Shown here in pieces: positions 1-11,911 of a stretch of 64,000 nucleotides of DNA (within the stretch, counting starts at the first letter, position 1; each line of letters opens with the position of its first letter). The notes below the pieces were generated by a model. That model worked only from the letters and a program-made list of their open reading frames with translations, had not been told where the DNA came from and did no database searches. This DNA is from Paraspadella gotoi. Taxonomy: Eukaryota > Animalia > Chaetognatha. The position numbers and the translations under genes are program-made. The stretch is taken from positions 21,953,875-22,017,874 of the forward strand of contig CM119266.1 of the NCBI GenBank assembly GCA_051294375.1. Direction: 5' to 3'.

Positions 1-446
1 GAGGGAGGAGAGGAGAAAGAGGGAGAGGATGGAGGAACGAAGAAGTAAAGGACGGGGCGGGGATTCGACGACTTCGCCGGGAAGCGAATCCGCGGCGACG
101 GACGAATCCACTCGACTATCGACGGCGTCGCCGCCGCGCCGGTCTTCGCCTTCACGGCGCGCTTCTCCGCCTCATCGACGCCGGACAGGTTCGCCTCGGC
201 CCTCGTCGCCCTTTGCCCGGCCCTCGTCATCTCTGGCCAGGGCGTCACCGTCGCCGCCTCCTTCTCGTCCTCTGCCTCGTCCTCCTCCTTCTCCCGACGA
301 CAACTTCTTCGACTCTCGCGTCGGCGGCGAAATCCCGCAGTTCACCGCCGACTCTCTCTCCAGAGGATCCTCGGCCAAGAGTCGGTTGTCCGCGGAGGAG
401 GAGGAAGAGAGAGGAGAAAGAGGCCGGACGATGGAGGAAAACGAAG
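1..446 (+). CDS. Ankyrin-repeat gene, Ser/Pro/Arg-rich low-complexity exon (5'-partial, or starting at ATG 29)
   Basis: The frame is open from the window edge and ends GAA G|gtattt (donor 447). This phase 1 matches the acceptor ccag at 560-561. Confidence 0.7.
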
Positions 447-561
447 GTATTTAAGGGAATTAATATAATAATTCACGGTGAAAATTCTTAACTAAACATT
501 TCCTTGACTTGGCTTCCTTCTTTCCACTTGCTTCACACACATATATCGACATCTCGTCCAG

Positions 562-899
562 AATCGAAAGGGCGAGCGGATGCCACAGACGCCGTCGTCG
601 ACAAGATCGACGCCGGTTTCCGCTCTTTGCACGACGCCGCGAAAACGGGCATTTCCAATCTGGTACGCCACGCTGTGATGGCTGGCGGGCGCGTCAACGC
701 TACGGACGACGCCGGGTGGACGCCATTCCACGTCGCGGCGTCGCTTGGACACGAAGCGGCGCTAAAGACACTGACGGCCTTGGGTGCGGACGCCTTCGCC
801 AAAACCAACGAACAGCAGACGGCATTGCATTTGGCAGCCGCAGAGGGAAAGATGGAGGTTTGCTGGTGGCTCGTCGCGAGATGCCACATTCCGGTCGAG
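562..899 (+). CDS. Ankyrin-repeat gene, exon encoding about three ANK repeats
   Basis: GFRSLHDAAKTG...GWTPFHVAASLGH...QQTALHLAAAEG match the ankyrin TPLHxAA consensus. Acceptor cag 559-561; donor GAG|gtgcga at 900 (phase 0). Confidence 0.9.
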
Positions 900-988
900 G
901 TGCGATTCTTATTTTCAGTACATGAAAATTCAAAACCTACTCTTTGAATTAAAATTAAAACAAATCAAAAAATAAACAATGTCCTTAG

Positions 989-1222
989 TCGGTGGATTTG
1001 TCGGACCGAACTGCCGCGGATTTGGCGGCAGACTCCGGCTTCGACGACGTCGCCCGCTTCCTTCGCGCCGGCGCCGAGAACCGGGACTTCCTCGCCGCCG
1101 TCGCTGCCGCCCGGAGCGACGCCTCCGCCACTTCCGGTTCCGGGTTCCTCGACGACTTTGAGACGACGAGCGACGCCTCGGGCCTCACAATGGCCAAGAC
1201 TTCGCCGAGATCGCCTGAGTGA
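989..1222 (+). CDS. Ankyrin-repeat gene, terminal exon
   Basis: Acceptor cttag at 987-988 (phase 0). It continues the repeat as SVDLSDRTAADLAADSGFDDVARFL; stop TGA 1220-1222 is followed by AT-rich sequence. Confidence 0.85.
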   Translation, partial: SVDLSDRTAADLAADSGFDDVARFLRAGAENRDFLAAVAAARSDASATSGSGFLDDFETTSDASGLTMAKTSPRSPE

Positions 1223-2302
1223 CAGGATAATGATAAACGATAACGTCGTTATGTATACGATTAGATTAGCTTTTCAACTTGACACATCCCCGCAATCTGT
1301 ACAGTAAAAAAAATATATTAGACTACGACAAAACAAAAAAGCCAATTTCCGAGCAAGCACAGTATTATGATTATTTTTTTTAAAAAAAATGGTCAACTTT
1401 AATTTAGTTTACATTTACAGTGTATATTTCAATTATGTTTTTTTTTTAATCGGTTTTGTACACAGTCTTTATTTTGTTGATTTTAAGTTCGATGATTTAA
1501 AAATTGAAAAATGGATATATATTTTAATTTTAAAACAGTTAAAGGAAATATAGGACTGTTTGCTAGTTTTAGTTATATGGTCAGAAGTAATGTGTATGAA
1601 TCAAAATTGTTAAATCAAAATTATAATAAAAAAATGCAACTTTTAATTACGTCTTTTGTTTCTGTTATTTTGAATACATGCGCTCCCTTAGATTTAGGAC
1701 AGACAAATTATATTAAAAACAAGTGACAACGACGAAATAGATTTGAGCACAACCATAATGGTAATGAAAACTGTTTGTTTAAAATTTACCTCTAATAATA
1801 TCAAAAATTAAATTAATAACTAGAAATCAGATAATATTGAAAACCCCAAGACGGGTCAACTATTTAAATCACCATTAAAATTAATATCTTTGCATTTTTA
1901 AATTTTGATATAGGTCATCGAAATTTAGAATGACTTACAGTTTTCTATTCATAATAAAAAGCATATAAAAGCATATAAAACGCAATAAATAGTTTTTTTT
2001 CACAAATAAATTCTTCCATGCAATTTTATGTTGGTTGTACCGATTTTATATTTGATGAATCATAAATAGATTACAAAATTATAACAATGAGTGTCATTAA
2101 TGTGAAGTAATAAGCTGCAATAATTTTCTTTCGTGTTTCCTTTTCACTTATAATTATCGTAGTAGTCTTACACTATATTCAGGTTTGCTTTGATTATATA
2201 TCTGTTTTAGAAAAGCTCCGTTAAAATACTTAGTATCTTAACCCTCATAGGATATTTAGGAAGCCAGGAAATCTTCCCTTTTTTTTCTTCTCATTCAAAA
2301 GT

Positions 2303-3151
2303 ATGAGTTTTTCAGGAAAGAATAGTAGTGACCAACGAATCTACGGCGACGATGACGTCAATGCCGATCGAGATGAAGTTATTGAAATTGAAAGTGATCA
2401 AAAAAAAACATCCATTAATTTTGAGAATCCGAGAAGTAAAGTATTAAGCGAAAGTCAGGAATACAATCCCAGCGCAAAAAAAAGTTCCGCCACTAAAGAG
2501 AGAGTATCGACGATCAAAAGCGCAAGTAAACAAACGAGCATAAAAGTTAGCGACAGTATCCGAGAAAAAAAATCAAAAAGCAAGAGTTATCCAAAGAGCG
2601 ACATTACTAGCGCCACCAAGCGAACCAAGCAGGGATCCGATTCAAAATCCAGTGGCTTCCGTTCGGAAAGTCGAAAGTTGAAAAGTGAGAAAAGTCAAAA
2701 AATGGAAAATCGAGACGAAACGAGCGACGAGGACGATGTAGCGTCGACGGACGACCTCGGCGTTTTGACCGAGCACGACACTGAGCCCGACACTGAGCCC
2801 GACAAGCAGCCCGACACGGAGAGTGTCGAAGAGGATTTCGTTAAAGCCGAGGCGAACGTCAAGGAGGAAGCGCCAGTTCCGCCGGATAGAGCAGAGAGCA
2901 AAATTAGAAATTGGAGCCGAATCGACGAGGACGACGTTCCGCGGCGAAATCTCGCCGACAACGTCAGTCTTGGGGTTCCCAGTGTAAAAGTTGAAAAATC
3001 CAACTCCTCTGTGCTTGAGGATTCGTTTTTTCAAACCTATTCGGACTCGGAATCCGATTCAGACGTGACCCCTCCCTCCGACACCGTCTCTCTCAACATT
3101 GACACGAGGAAGGAAAAAAGACCGTACTCTACCAACGTTTCCTATTCAAAG
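2303..3151 (+). CDS. Uncharacterised multi-exon gene A, exon 1 (Ser/Lys/Asp/Glu-rich, probably disordered)
   Basis: Long ORF from ATG 2303 with coding-like composition against AT-rich flanks. Donor AAG|gtattt at 3152 (phase 0). Confidence 0.75.
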
Positions 3152-3369
3152 GTATTTGAATATTGATGATAAATATTTGCATAATGCATCAATTTAAAAT
3201 ATATCTATAACATTCTTTAAACGTCATCACAGGGAGTATAATTATTTTTTGAAAAAATTTTTATAATGGGAACTACTGTGCTAAGAGGGGTTCTTTCTCT
3301 TCTCTTTACTTTTAGCGGTTATTATTTTTGCCCTTTGATGTTTCATTTGACCTCATACATAATGTTCTC

Positions 3370-3428
<59 letters not shown>

Positions 3429-3669
3429 TATTCATCTCTCAATTTTTGAATTATTTATGAAACATTACTTTTCTCTGTTATTTCTTTTCCACTGATGATG
3501 ACATCCTAAATATATGTCGAAATATCTGGTAAAAACTTTTTTTTGCTCTTAGCATTATGAAAATTTTTAGCATTATGAAAATTTTTAGCATTATGAAAAT
3601 TTTTCAAAAAATAATATCTATAACATTCTTTAAAGTTTAAACGTAATCACAAGCATAGGGAGTATAATG

Positions 3670-4380
3670 AGTATAAGGTTTATTTTGAATATGAGAACAC
3701 TGCTACTGCAAAAGTTTTATTTTTCCATATATTTCGGCATAAATTTTCTGATGATGGAATAGAAAATGTATGTCGAAATACTATCTAGGCAAAAAAGTAT
3801 ATAACATTTTTAATCAAAGATATCTACTCGAAAACTTGTTTGATTTAATGAAAATCTGAATATTTTCAAATCTTCATTGAATTTATTTTCAGTAACTTCC
3901 TTCCATTTTTTATAGGTCAAATCATTTAGAAGTTAAAGGCAAAATAATATTATTACTTTAAATAAAAAATATTAAAAAAATCATATTTAGTTTTTTACCA
4001 TTTTTAGTATTTAGTTATTTGTTTTGTTTTGAATAGAGTTAGTTAAATTTTTAATTTTTTTAAAATTTGGTAATGCTATAGGCCTTATACCTTTTTTGGG
4101 TTTAAAAAAGTAGTATTATAGCTCTAAGAAATCATCGGGGCTGAAAAAAATTGCGTTAAAGATATGGAAAAATATTTTACTGTCATACCTCAATTTTCTG
4201 TATGAGAGCATGCCCAGATGAAAAAGGGCATACTAAATATTATGAATGTTTTACTCATGTTTTGTATAATTTTTATTGAATAAATGAATTATGTTATATA
4301 CTTTTTTCCTAGATAGTATATAGAAAAATAAAACTTTTGTTGTAGCACAGTATTCTCATATAGAAAATAAACCTTATACT
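3670..4380. mobile_element. AT-rich MITE-like element with imperfect inverted arms, in intron 1 of gene A
   Basis: agtataaggtttattttgaatatgagaa (3670) is complementary to ttctcatatagaaaataaaccttatact (to 4380). ctatctaggcaaaaaagtatataaca (3781) pairs with tgttatatacttttttcctagatag (~4291). A diverged direct copy of the left end lies at ~3195-3540. Confidence 0.55.
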
Positions 4381-4867
4381 TATATCTATAACATATCTTT
4401 AACCGGCTTTAAACCACTATAACCTGTCCAAAATCAGGGGCAAGTTAGTTTATTTATTAAACGAATGGTTGTACCAATTTTAGAAAACATATTACAAGAA
4501 TCGGGCCTTGTATATCCGTTATCCAATGAGCCGACCAATAAAAAAAAACGACCATTATCAACCGGTTCAATTTCAGTCGAAGTCAGACATGGAACGCCGA
4601 AGAATCTCTCACGTGCCTAGAAAATCCGCATGTCGGTGACACAATTCTCATCATAGACGCGAAAAGAGAGAGAGAGAGAGAGAAAGAAAAAAAAAGGTTC
4701 TTTTCCATTGACAGCGGATCACACGTCACATCCGCTCAAGTGCCGAAACCTCCACCTCATCTGGACGCGAGATCATCCAGAGAGAACGAAAGTCTATTTC
4801 GAGAAACGGGACTCCTTTAAAGCGGGTTGGCGAGAGAGAGAGAGAGAGAGAGAGAGGAGGAGACGAG

Positions 4868-4942
<75 letters not shown>

Positions 4943-5088
4943 ACTTTAGAGTTTTTCGTTTTTCCAGGTTTTCATCTCATGACTGAATATCGCGCGAAGA
5001 AATTGCGAAAAATTTACGCGGATCAAAAGAGAGAGGAAGCCCGTACATCGATCCCGTCATCGTCTTCTACACGGATCATGTGAAAAAT

Positions 5089-5204
<116 letters not shown>

Positions 5205-5236
5205 TTGATTTGGAAACGGACATCTCTTTCCTCCAG

Positions 5237-5316
5237 TGCAAAGTCGGAGTCATTCACGGCGTCTACGACATCGCGCAGCCTTTGGCCGAGGAGAGAGGAC
5301 AGTGGTGGCGCGAGAC
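5237..5316 (+). CDS. Gene A exon 2 (CKVGVIHGVYDIAQPLAEERGQWWRET)
   Basis: Pyrimidine tract plus ccag acceptor; canonical gtgagt donor at 5317; phase 0 in, phase 2 out. Confidence 0.75.
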
Positions 5317-5572
5317 GTGAGTCATTGACTCATTGTCGACGAATGGAAATCAATTTATCGATGATTTGAAACAAAATGTGTAATGATAAATGTGTATTGA
5401 TAAATCCTCGCGACGCGATAAGAGCTTAAAATAACGGAGAAGCTAGGAAAGGCGCTCCCGGCGAGCGAGTATAAATTTACATTGAACATTGTCCATTGGC
5501 GAAAGGAAACGCATAGTTGAATAACTTGAACGACAGACGGATCGATTTATCCATCGATTAACCCGAATTCAG

Positions 5573-5723
5573 CTACGACCGGATTCCCCCGTTCGTCGAC
5601 CTCAAAGCGAATCGGAGAAAGATTCAACAGCCGAAAAAGAGTCACGACGTGGACCGAGGATTCGACTACGATTGTCGGTGGATCAACGATCATTCCATGA
5701 TGACCTACGATCACATGAAGCAG
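5573..5723 (+). CDS. Gene A exon 3 (YDRIPPFVDLK...WINDHSMMTYDHMKQ)
   Basis: ttcag acceptor and CAG|gt donor; 151 nt, phase 2 in and phase 0 out, no stops. Confidence 0.75.
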
Positions 5724-5851
5724 GTTGTATTTTCCTAATTTCAATGAATGACCAAAAATATTCGGGTTTGTCGATCAAATCACTCTTTAAACGAATTACA
5801 TTATTCTAATTAAAATTCGAATCATTTTTATACTCTCGATTTTTCAACCAG

Positions 5852-5992
5852 ATCGATCACAAACGCGACAAAATGATCGCCGACTACAACCGAAAGTTTC
5901 GTCGGCATCGACCGGCGGAGCTGAGGGGGGACATCGCTGAGTCGCAGGCCGACGGGATTGCGAGCCCGACTCTCAGACTTCGTTACGAAGAG
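5852..5992 (+). CDS. Gene A exon 4 (IDHKRDKMIADYNRKF...LRLRYEE)
   Basis: ccag acceptor and GAG|gt donor; 47 open codons, phase 0/0. Confidence 0.7.
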
Positions 5993-6483
5993 GTTCTCTC
6001 TTGCTCCTTCAGTTCGAGTGATTAAAGTGTTTAAAGACTGAAGTTAAAAAGAAGTACTGAGTTATAAACTCTGTATCTCATTTGTAGTCGGGCATTGCAT
6101 AATATGCATAACACCTTCAGTCGTGTCCCGGTGGATCATTTAAGTAATGCCATCAGCTCATGACCATTAGGTACCGTGATGGATCCCTTATGGTACCATT
6201 GGAACTTACCCTGCGGGGAGCGTGAGGACGGCCTTAAACAGTCTTGGGGTGTGAAAAACCCTAGTTCCAAGCCCAGGACCCGTTCCATTGCTGGCAAGGG
6301 GGCACAGAAGATACGGATAATAGTCTTCAGTCCACTTTTCGCCTCATCAACACATTCAAGTCATGCCAGTAGCATTTCAAAATTAGTCTTAAATCGGGAT
6401 AATCCGTCCATTCATGACTGCGTGCGTACGATCCGTCCGTCGAAATGAGTGAAAACATATTTTTCTTCCCGCCAACTATTTAG

Positions 6484-6558
6484 TTGATGCGTTGCTTCTT
6501 CGACGATCCTCGATGCCCACTCATCAAGAAGAGGGAGAAAGGAGATATATTTTCGTGG
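6484..6558 (+). CDS. Gene A exon 5 (LMRCFFDDPRCPLIKKREKGDIFSW)
   Basis: tttag acceptor and gtaggg donor; phase 0/0. Confidence 0.65.
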
Positions 6559-6949
6559 GTAGGGTGGATGACGGAAAATATCACAGGGCCTCGCTATCGA
6601 TCCAGAACGACTATAGGGCTTCTTTACATTATTTTTTTTCTTGTCAGTTTAGTTTTGTTAAGTCAAGTTTGAATAAATTGAGCAAGGTTTTTGAGGTTAT
6701 GAATGGTCATGAATCCTTTTTTTTTCGGTGGTTGGTTTTTCCTTGTGTTTTGTTCTATGTTTACAAAAGTTATTTAACTGAATATTTTTTGAATTAAAAT
6801 TGAATATGAAATGTATTAAAATGAAAGATAATCCCTAATCACTAACCTATTCCCTAACCCTAATTACTAACTTAATCTCTTACCTTATCCCTAACGTAAC
6901 CTCTTACCTATTTTTTGAAACACAAAAACTCACTTATTTCGTATTAAAG

Positions 6950-7374
6950 ATGAAATGGAGCGTTCTGGGAAAAAAAGGCCATTGCATCTTAACTCATATT
7001 CTCTCGAACCCATTAAATGACCAGGTGATGAAACACTATCACCGAGAGACGATGCGTCGCAAGAGAATCGAGGACGCCGCGTGGAAGCGTAAGACGACGA
7101 CGCCTCTGACGGCTGCGCAAAAGCGGATGACGATGGCGCGCGCCACTTACGCCGAAATGACCCGGTCCTCCGTCTCTGTCGCGGGCCGCGCAAGCAGGGC
7201 GAGCGGGGGCGGCGGCAGGGGCGGGGGCGGGGGAAAGAGCGGCGGCCGGGGTAAGAGCGGCGGCGGAAGCCGAGGCAAGGACGGCGACGGTGGCGGTGGT
7301 CGGAAAAGACCTCGGAAAGTTAACATCAACGCAGAATCGGGGAGACAATTTTCTTCAAACAAAATCAGCAGAAG
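6950..7374 (+). CDS. Gene A exon 6 (basic, with a Gly/Arg-rich tract)
   Basis: taaag acceptor; GC-rich open frame; AG|gttctt donor (phase 2). Confidence 0.7.
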
Positions 7375-7527
7375 GTTCTTTTTGTTATTATTCTAGAAAC
7401 TTCTCAACTTATTTCAGATTTTATGTTTGTCTCTTTAAGAAAGCTGTGCATCCTTTATTTGCTTCTTAACTCATATAGTCAATTATTTTTTAATACTTCA
7501 ATCAGGAATCATTGTGCCATCTTTCAG

Positions 7528-9168
7528 GGAACTTAAGAGGGAATCCAGGATGACCGTCGTCACCTTTAGCGGGAAACCACTGGAGATCGGCTACGAGGAG
7601 GAAGAGGAGGTGGACATCAAAGAGGAGGCCTCGAGAGACTCCTGGAGCGTGGTGACGTCGAACGCGACAAAGGGCGACGATGAGGACCTTGACGACGACC
7701 TCTACGACGAGGACTTCGACGACTTCAACGTCCATGACTCGATCGAACTCAAACGACAAAAGTTGCGAGAATCTACGATTAGTAGACGAGTGGAGAGCGC
7801 GGAAAGTCAGGAAGAGAACAAGAGTAAAGGGGAAGAGGAGTCAGTGGAGGGGACCAAAGAGACCCTGGGATCTACCAAAAAAAGCGGCAGCACTGGACCG
7901 TCGACTGGTATTCGATCTTCAGCTGGCGTTCGACCCTCATCTAATGCTCAACACTCAGATAGCATTAGACCTTCTGGAGTCCAACGCTCTTATGGCACTC
8001 GACCTTCAACTGCAGCTCGTCCCTCGGATGGCTCTCGACCTTCTACCGGAGCTCATTCCTTGGATGACACTCGACTTTCTACTGTAGCTCAACCCTCAGA
8101 TAGCACTCGACCATCAAATGTAGCTCGACCCTCAGATAGAACTCAACCTTCAACTGTAGCTCGACCCTCAGGTAGAACTCAACCTTCAACTGTAGCTCGT
8201 ACCTCGGATGTCACTCGACTTTCGACTGTTGCTCATCCCTCGGATGGCTCTCCACATTTTACTGGAACACAACCGTCAGATAGCATGCAACAATCTACTG
8301 GTACTATATCTTTAGCTGGTGCTCAACCATCAACTGGCAAGCAACCCTCTTCCAACATTGATGCCTTGGATGGTGTTCAACGGTTGTCCAACATTCAATC
8401 TTCAAGTGTTGTTCAACAATCTACGAGTGCTTTACAATCAACTGAAAAACTGTCAACTAGCGCTAAACCAACCAGTCCAAGATCATCAGCCACAATTCAA
8501 CAGTCAACCAACATTCGATATTTGACTGGTGCTCGACAATCGAACGTTGCTTCTCCAACAACTGATGCTCAAATTTCAACTAGCACTCAACTGACCCGCA
8601 CTCGACAGTCAACTGGCACTCAACAGTCAACTGGGGCTCGTCCCTCGTCCAGTTATCGACTGTCAACTGGTGCAAACAGCGATGAAAATAAAAGCTACAA
8701 AATCGGAAACGACACTGAAGAATTCAAAAACTACGTCGCGGAANNNNNNNNNNACGGCAAGGAAGTCGGCGGAGAATTAGACGGCGTCAGAATGCCTGTC
8801 ACCGATTCCGAGAATGACAACAACAACAGCAGAAGCGGAAGACACGAGGATCGAGCCGAGCCTCTCGTCCTCGCCGGCAGAAAGAAGGTCGGAGGAGATC
8901 GAAACTATAACAATATCGATCTCGGTGGGCGTGTCGTGGGAAAGAGATCGACTAGGCGCGTTAAAAGTTCGTCTGGCAATGAGTCGAGTCGGAGGAGCGA
9001 AAAACGAAGGAGCAAGGGCAGCGTGGCGAACGTCATCCGGGTCTTGGCTAAGAAACAAAGGAGTAAGAATCTAGAAAGGATGAAACCCGATCCGAGGCTA
9101 GATCAAGAAGACAAGGCCGGAAGATACAACAACGTCGAGCAGATCTTAATAAATCAAAACGATTCGGC
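7528..9168 (+). CDS. Gene A large exon: acidic stretch plus Ser/Thr/Pro repeat region; spans a 10-N gap
   Basis: 552-codon ORF. The phase-2 acceptor ctttcag (7526-7527) fits exon 6. It ends either at donor GC|gtaaat (9169) or at stop TAA 9170-9172. The frame across the gap at 8744-8753 is unverified. Confidence 0.75.
7900..8670 (+). repeat. Coding minisatellite, degenerate 36-bp/12-aa units (TRPSTVARPSDx)
   Basis: Recurring actcgaccttcaactgtagctcgaccctcaga-like units, decaying towards the 3' end. Confidence 0.8.
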
Positions 9169-9242
9169 GTAAATCGGGCGACGAGGGGATTTTTTCGCAA
9201 TGATAAAGACGCTAAAAAGGTACACGAGTTTTCTCGCCGAAG

Positions 9243-9495
9243 AAATATGTCGCGCGGTGAGAATCAAAAACGGACAGTGGAGCGGAATCGCAGGCGGGAG
9301 ATGGTCAGATCTGAAGTAAAAGACGATGACGATGACAACGACGATGACGACGAGATAACTAAACGAACGGATGAAAGCCAATTCGAAGACGGAAAACTAA
9401 CGATAGAGAGTAACAAAAATAACTCTAACGAAAAGAAATACGTCAACTTAAACCACAGCGATGATTGTCCCGGTCGAAATAAAGATGTAATGGGC
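9243..9495 (+). CDS. Gene A probable further exon, truncated by an assembly gap
   Basis: A 74-nt phase-2 intron (9169-9242) would join it in frame. Asp/Glu/Lys/Asn-rich reading frame running into the N gap. Confidence 0.5.
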
Positions 9496-9840
9496 NNNNN
9501 NNNNNNNNNNNNNNNNNNNNNNNNNNNNNNNNNNNNNNNNNNNNNNNNNNNNNNNNNNNNNNNNNNNNNNNNNNNNNNNNNNNNNNNNNNNNNNNNNNNN
9601 NNNNNNNNNNNNNNNNNNNNNNNNNNNNNNNNNNNNNNNNNNNNNNNNNNNNNNNNNNNNNNNNNNNNNNNNNNNNNNNNNNNNNNNNNNNNNNNNNNNN
9701 NNNNNNNNNNNNNNNNNNNNNNNNNNNNNNNNNNNNNNNNNNNNNNNNNNNNNNNNNNNNNNNNNNNNNNNNNNNNNNNNNNNNNNNNNNNNNNNNNNNN
9801 NNNNNNNNNNNNNNNNNNNNNNNNNNNNNNNNNNNNNNNN

Positions 9841-9930
9841 CGGTCGGTCTGTCGGTCGGTCTGTCCCACTTATGTTAAAATGTTTATAACTTGCATATAT
9901 AGTTGGTTGCTCAATCTTCATTTGTTAAGA
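9841..9930 (-). mobile_element. Partial HINE/DINE-like interspersed element (same family as 23863-24032)
   Basis: The reverse complement matches ttaacaaatga...gcaa(c/g)ttataa...taagtgggacagaccgac; the rest is lost in the N gap. Confidence 0.6.
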
Positions 9931-10316
9931 AGAGAAAATCCTGAAATTAAAGTGACTGCTAGCGCCGCCTTCAGGAAATCCTAAAACTATAAATAACAAA
10001 ATACGGAATTCTGATGCAGTGAGTGTCATAAATACATGGGCTGAGAATTTAACAAGTTATTATAGTCAAGTAGTCATTTCATGTCATATCATATATTGTT
10101 ACGTTATGTCACGAGAAATATATGTAATAAGGCAGTCACTGCGGCGCAACACTTTTGAATTACCGTTCTTGTTTTCTTTTTTTTTTAAATTATACTAATT
10201 TTTGGAAGTGTTAAAAAAGCCGAGTTTGTGTGTTTGTTTGTTTTTTTTTGTTTTTTTTTAACTTTGGCATCCAGACTGACATTATCGGCATAGTTGAACT
10301 GATTACCGTCGATTAG

Positions 10317-10458
10317 GAACGCCGAAACGGAGCGATTCTTAAAGCGTTACCTACGGTCGTCGACGCTGTCACCGCCTCCGTCCCCGATGCCCCCGCCGTC
10401 GCCAACTTCGTCGCTGGCTTCGTCGTCCACGTATCGTCAAAGATTTTTTCGGCAATAA
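10317..10458 (+). CDS. Probable terminal exon (NAETERFLKRYLRSSTLSPPPSP...QRFFRQ*), probably gene A
   Basis: GC-rich island after a ttag acceptor, ending TAA 10456-10458. Linkage across the gap is inferred. Confidence 0.4.
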
Positions 10459-10932
10459 CAATTTTTTTTTAATTTTATTTTGATTTAAGTTTTTTTCTTT
10501 TTTTGAAATACTGACCTTTTTAAAATGAAAATTACAAGTAAAGCAATTCCCACAGAGACTGTTCGCCGTTAACTCGCATTTCCCCGGGTTTGAGGAAGTG
10601 AGGGAAGGAGGGATATTTTGATCAAATCTATTTTACAGTCGCGGTCCATAATTACATTTCCGACTCCTTTGTTGCGGTTCCATCGACCCAAAAAAAGAAG
10701 AATCTTTGTTGCGGCGCCCCGTTTCTTTGTTCGTAGAAATCGCGGACCCATTTCTGGGAAAAGGGGATTTGATGTGGATTTTTCCCTCATCAGATTTGAT
10801 TTGTGCTTCGGGGATAAAGAGATGAAATCGTCGGAACTGAAGAGAAGAAAGATTGAGAATGAGAGGAAGAGAAAGGAGGGAAATTATCGTTTGATACGAA
10901 AGAAAAAAAGAAGGAATGAAAGAAGTTGATAG

Positions 10933-10991
<59 letters not shown>

Positions 10992-11112
10992 AAGGAAGGT
11001 TAGTTGAAGAGAAAAAGAGTCAAGTGCATTGTCCGTCGGGATTCACCGAGATTTCACCAATGCTCCAGGCCTTCCAGTTAAAAGTAAAACCCTTTCACCA
11101 CTTGCGATGTTC

Positions 11113-11230
11113 AACTAAATGCCACCCAGTGCCCCTCACTTCCACCAAATGCCACCCAGTGCCACTCACTTCCACCAAATGCCACCCNNNNNNNNNNACT
11201 TCCGCCGCTTGCTGCCCAGTGCCACTTTCT
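11113..11230. repeat. 30-bp minisatellite (acttccaccaaatgccacccagtgccactc), with a gap inside
   Basis: At least 3 units are visible, with decayed units to ~11370. Confidence 0.75.
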
Positions 11231-11815
11231 TCCATTTCATGACGCCTCGTGCCACTTCTTTCCTCCCTAAAACCCTATCCAGTCAAATGTTAACATGTTC
11301 GTCCCTCTGCCACGTTTGCCACCTTCCTTTCCCAGTGCCACTTTCCATCCCTTTCCCAGTGCCACCTCCATCCACGCCGCGCCGCCCGATTCTTCGCAAC
11401 AAAAATCGAATCGAAGATAGAATTTGCGCGGGAATAAGTGCGGCGGGAGATTATTCGAAGGAAAGAGACTGGGAGAGGAAGGAAAGAAGGAAAGAAAAAA
11501 AATAAAGAAAAGGAGGCGATAGAGAAAAGTCGGTTATATTGATCGTGACGCGTGGAGGATTGGGTGAGGAAGATGCGGGAGAAGAAATGGGACAAAGGGA
11601 AAGTGAATGTAATTTAATAGGAAAAGGGGAAGGAGGAAAAGAAAAGAGAAAAAACATGAAATGTTAAATAAGGCAGAGTAAAAGTGCATGGGCGGTCTTG
11701 AGAATTGAGTGAAAAAGAGTCCAAAAAAATCTTTGCGAATTCGAAAGAGAGAGTTCCGAGTAGAGAAAACGGGAGATTCAAAGAGAAAAGTCGATGAAAA
11801 AGACTGGACCAAAAT

Positions 11816-11851
<36 letters not shown>

Positions 11852-11878
11852 GAAAAGAGAGAGATGAGAGAAGGAGAG

Positions 11879-11911
<33 letters not shown>

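Noticed and set aside
172-1197. Antisense and alternate-frame ORFs over the ankyrin gene
   Set aside because: These are shadow ORFs of GC-rich coding exons.
6325-6365. Minimal hammerhead ribozyme on the minus strand (TTGATGAGGCGAAA)
   Set aside because: It lacks the conserved C of CUGANGA, has no real stem II, and I could not pair stems I and III.
6828-6910. Telomere-like (TAACCC)n
   Set aside because: Highly degenerate, short and intronic; such tracts are common in interspersed repeats.
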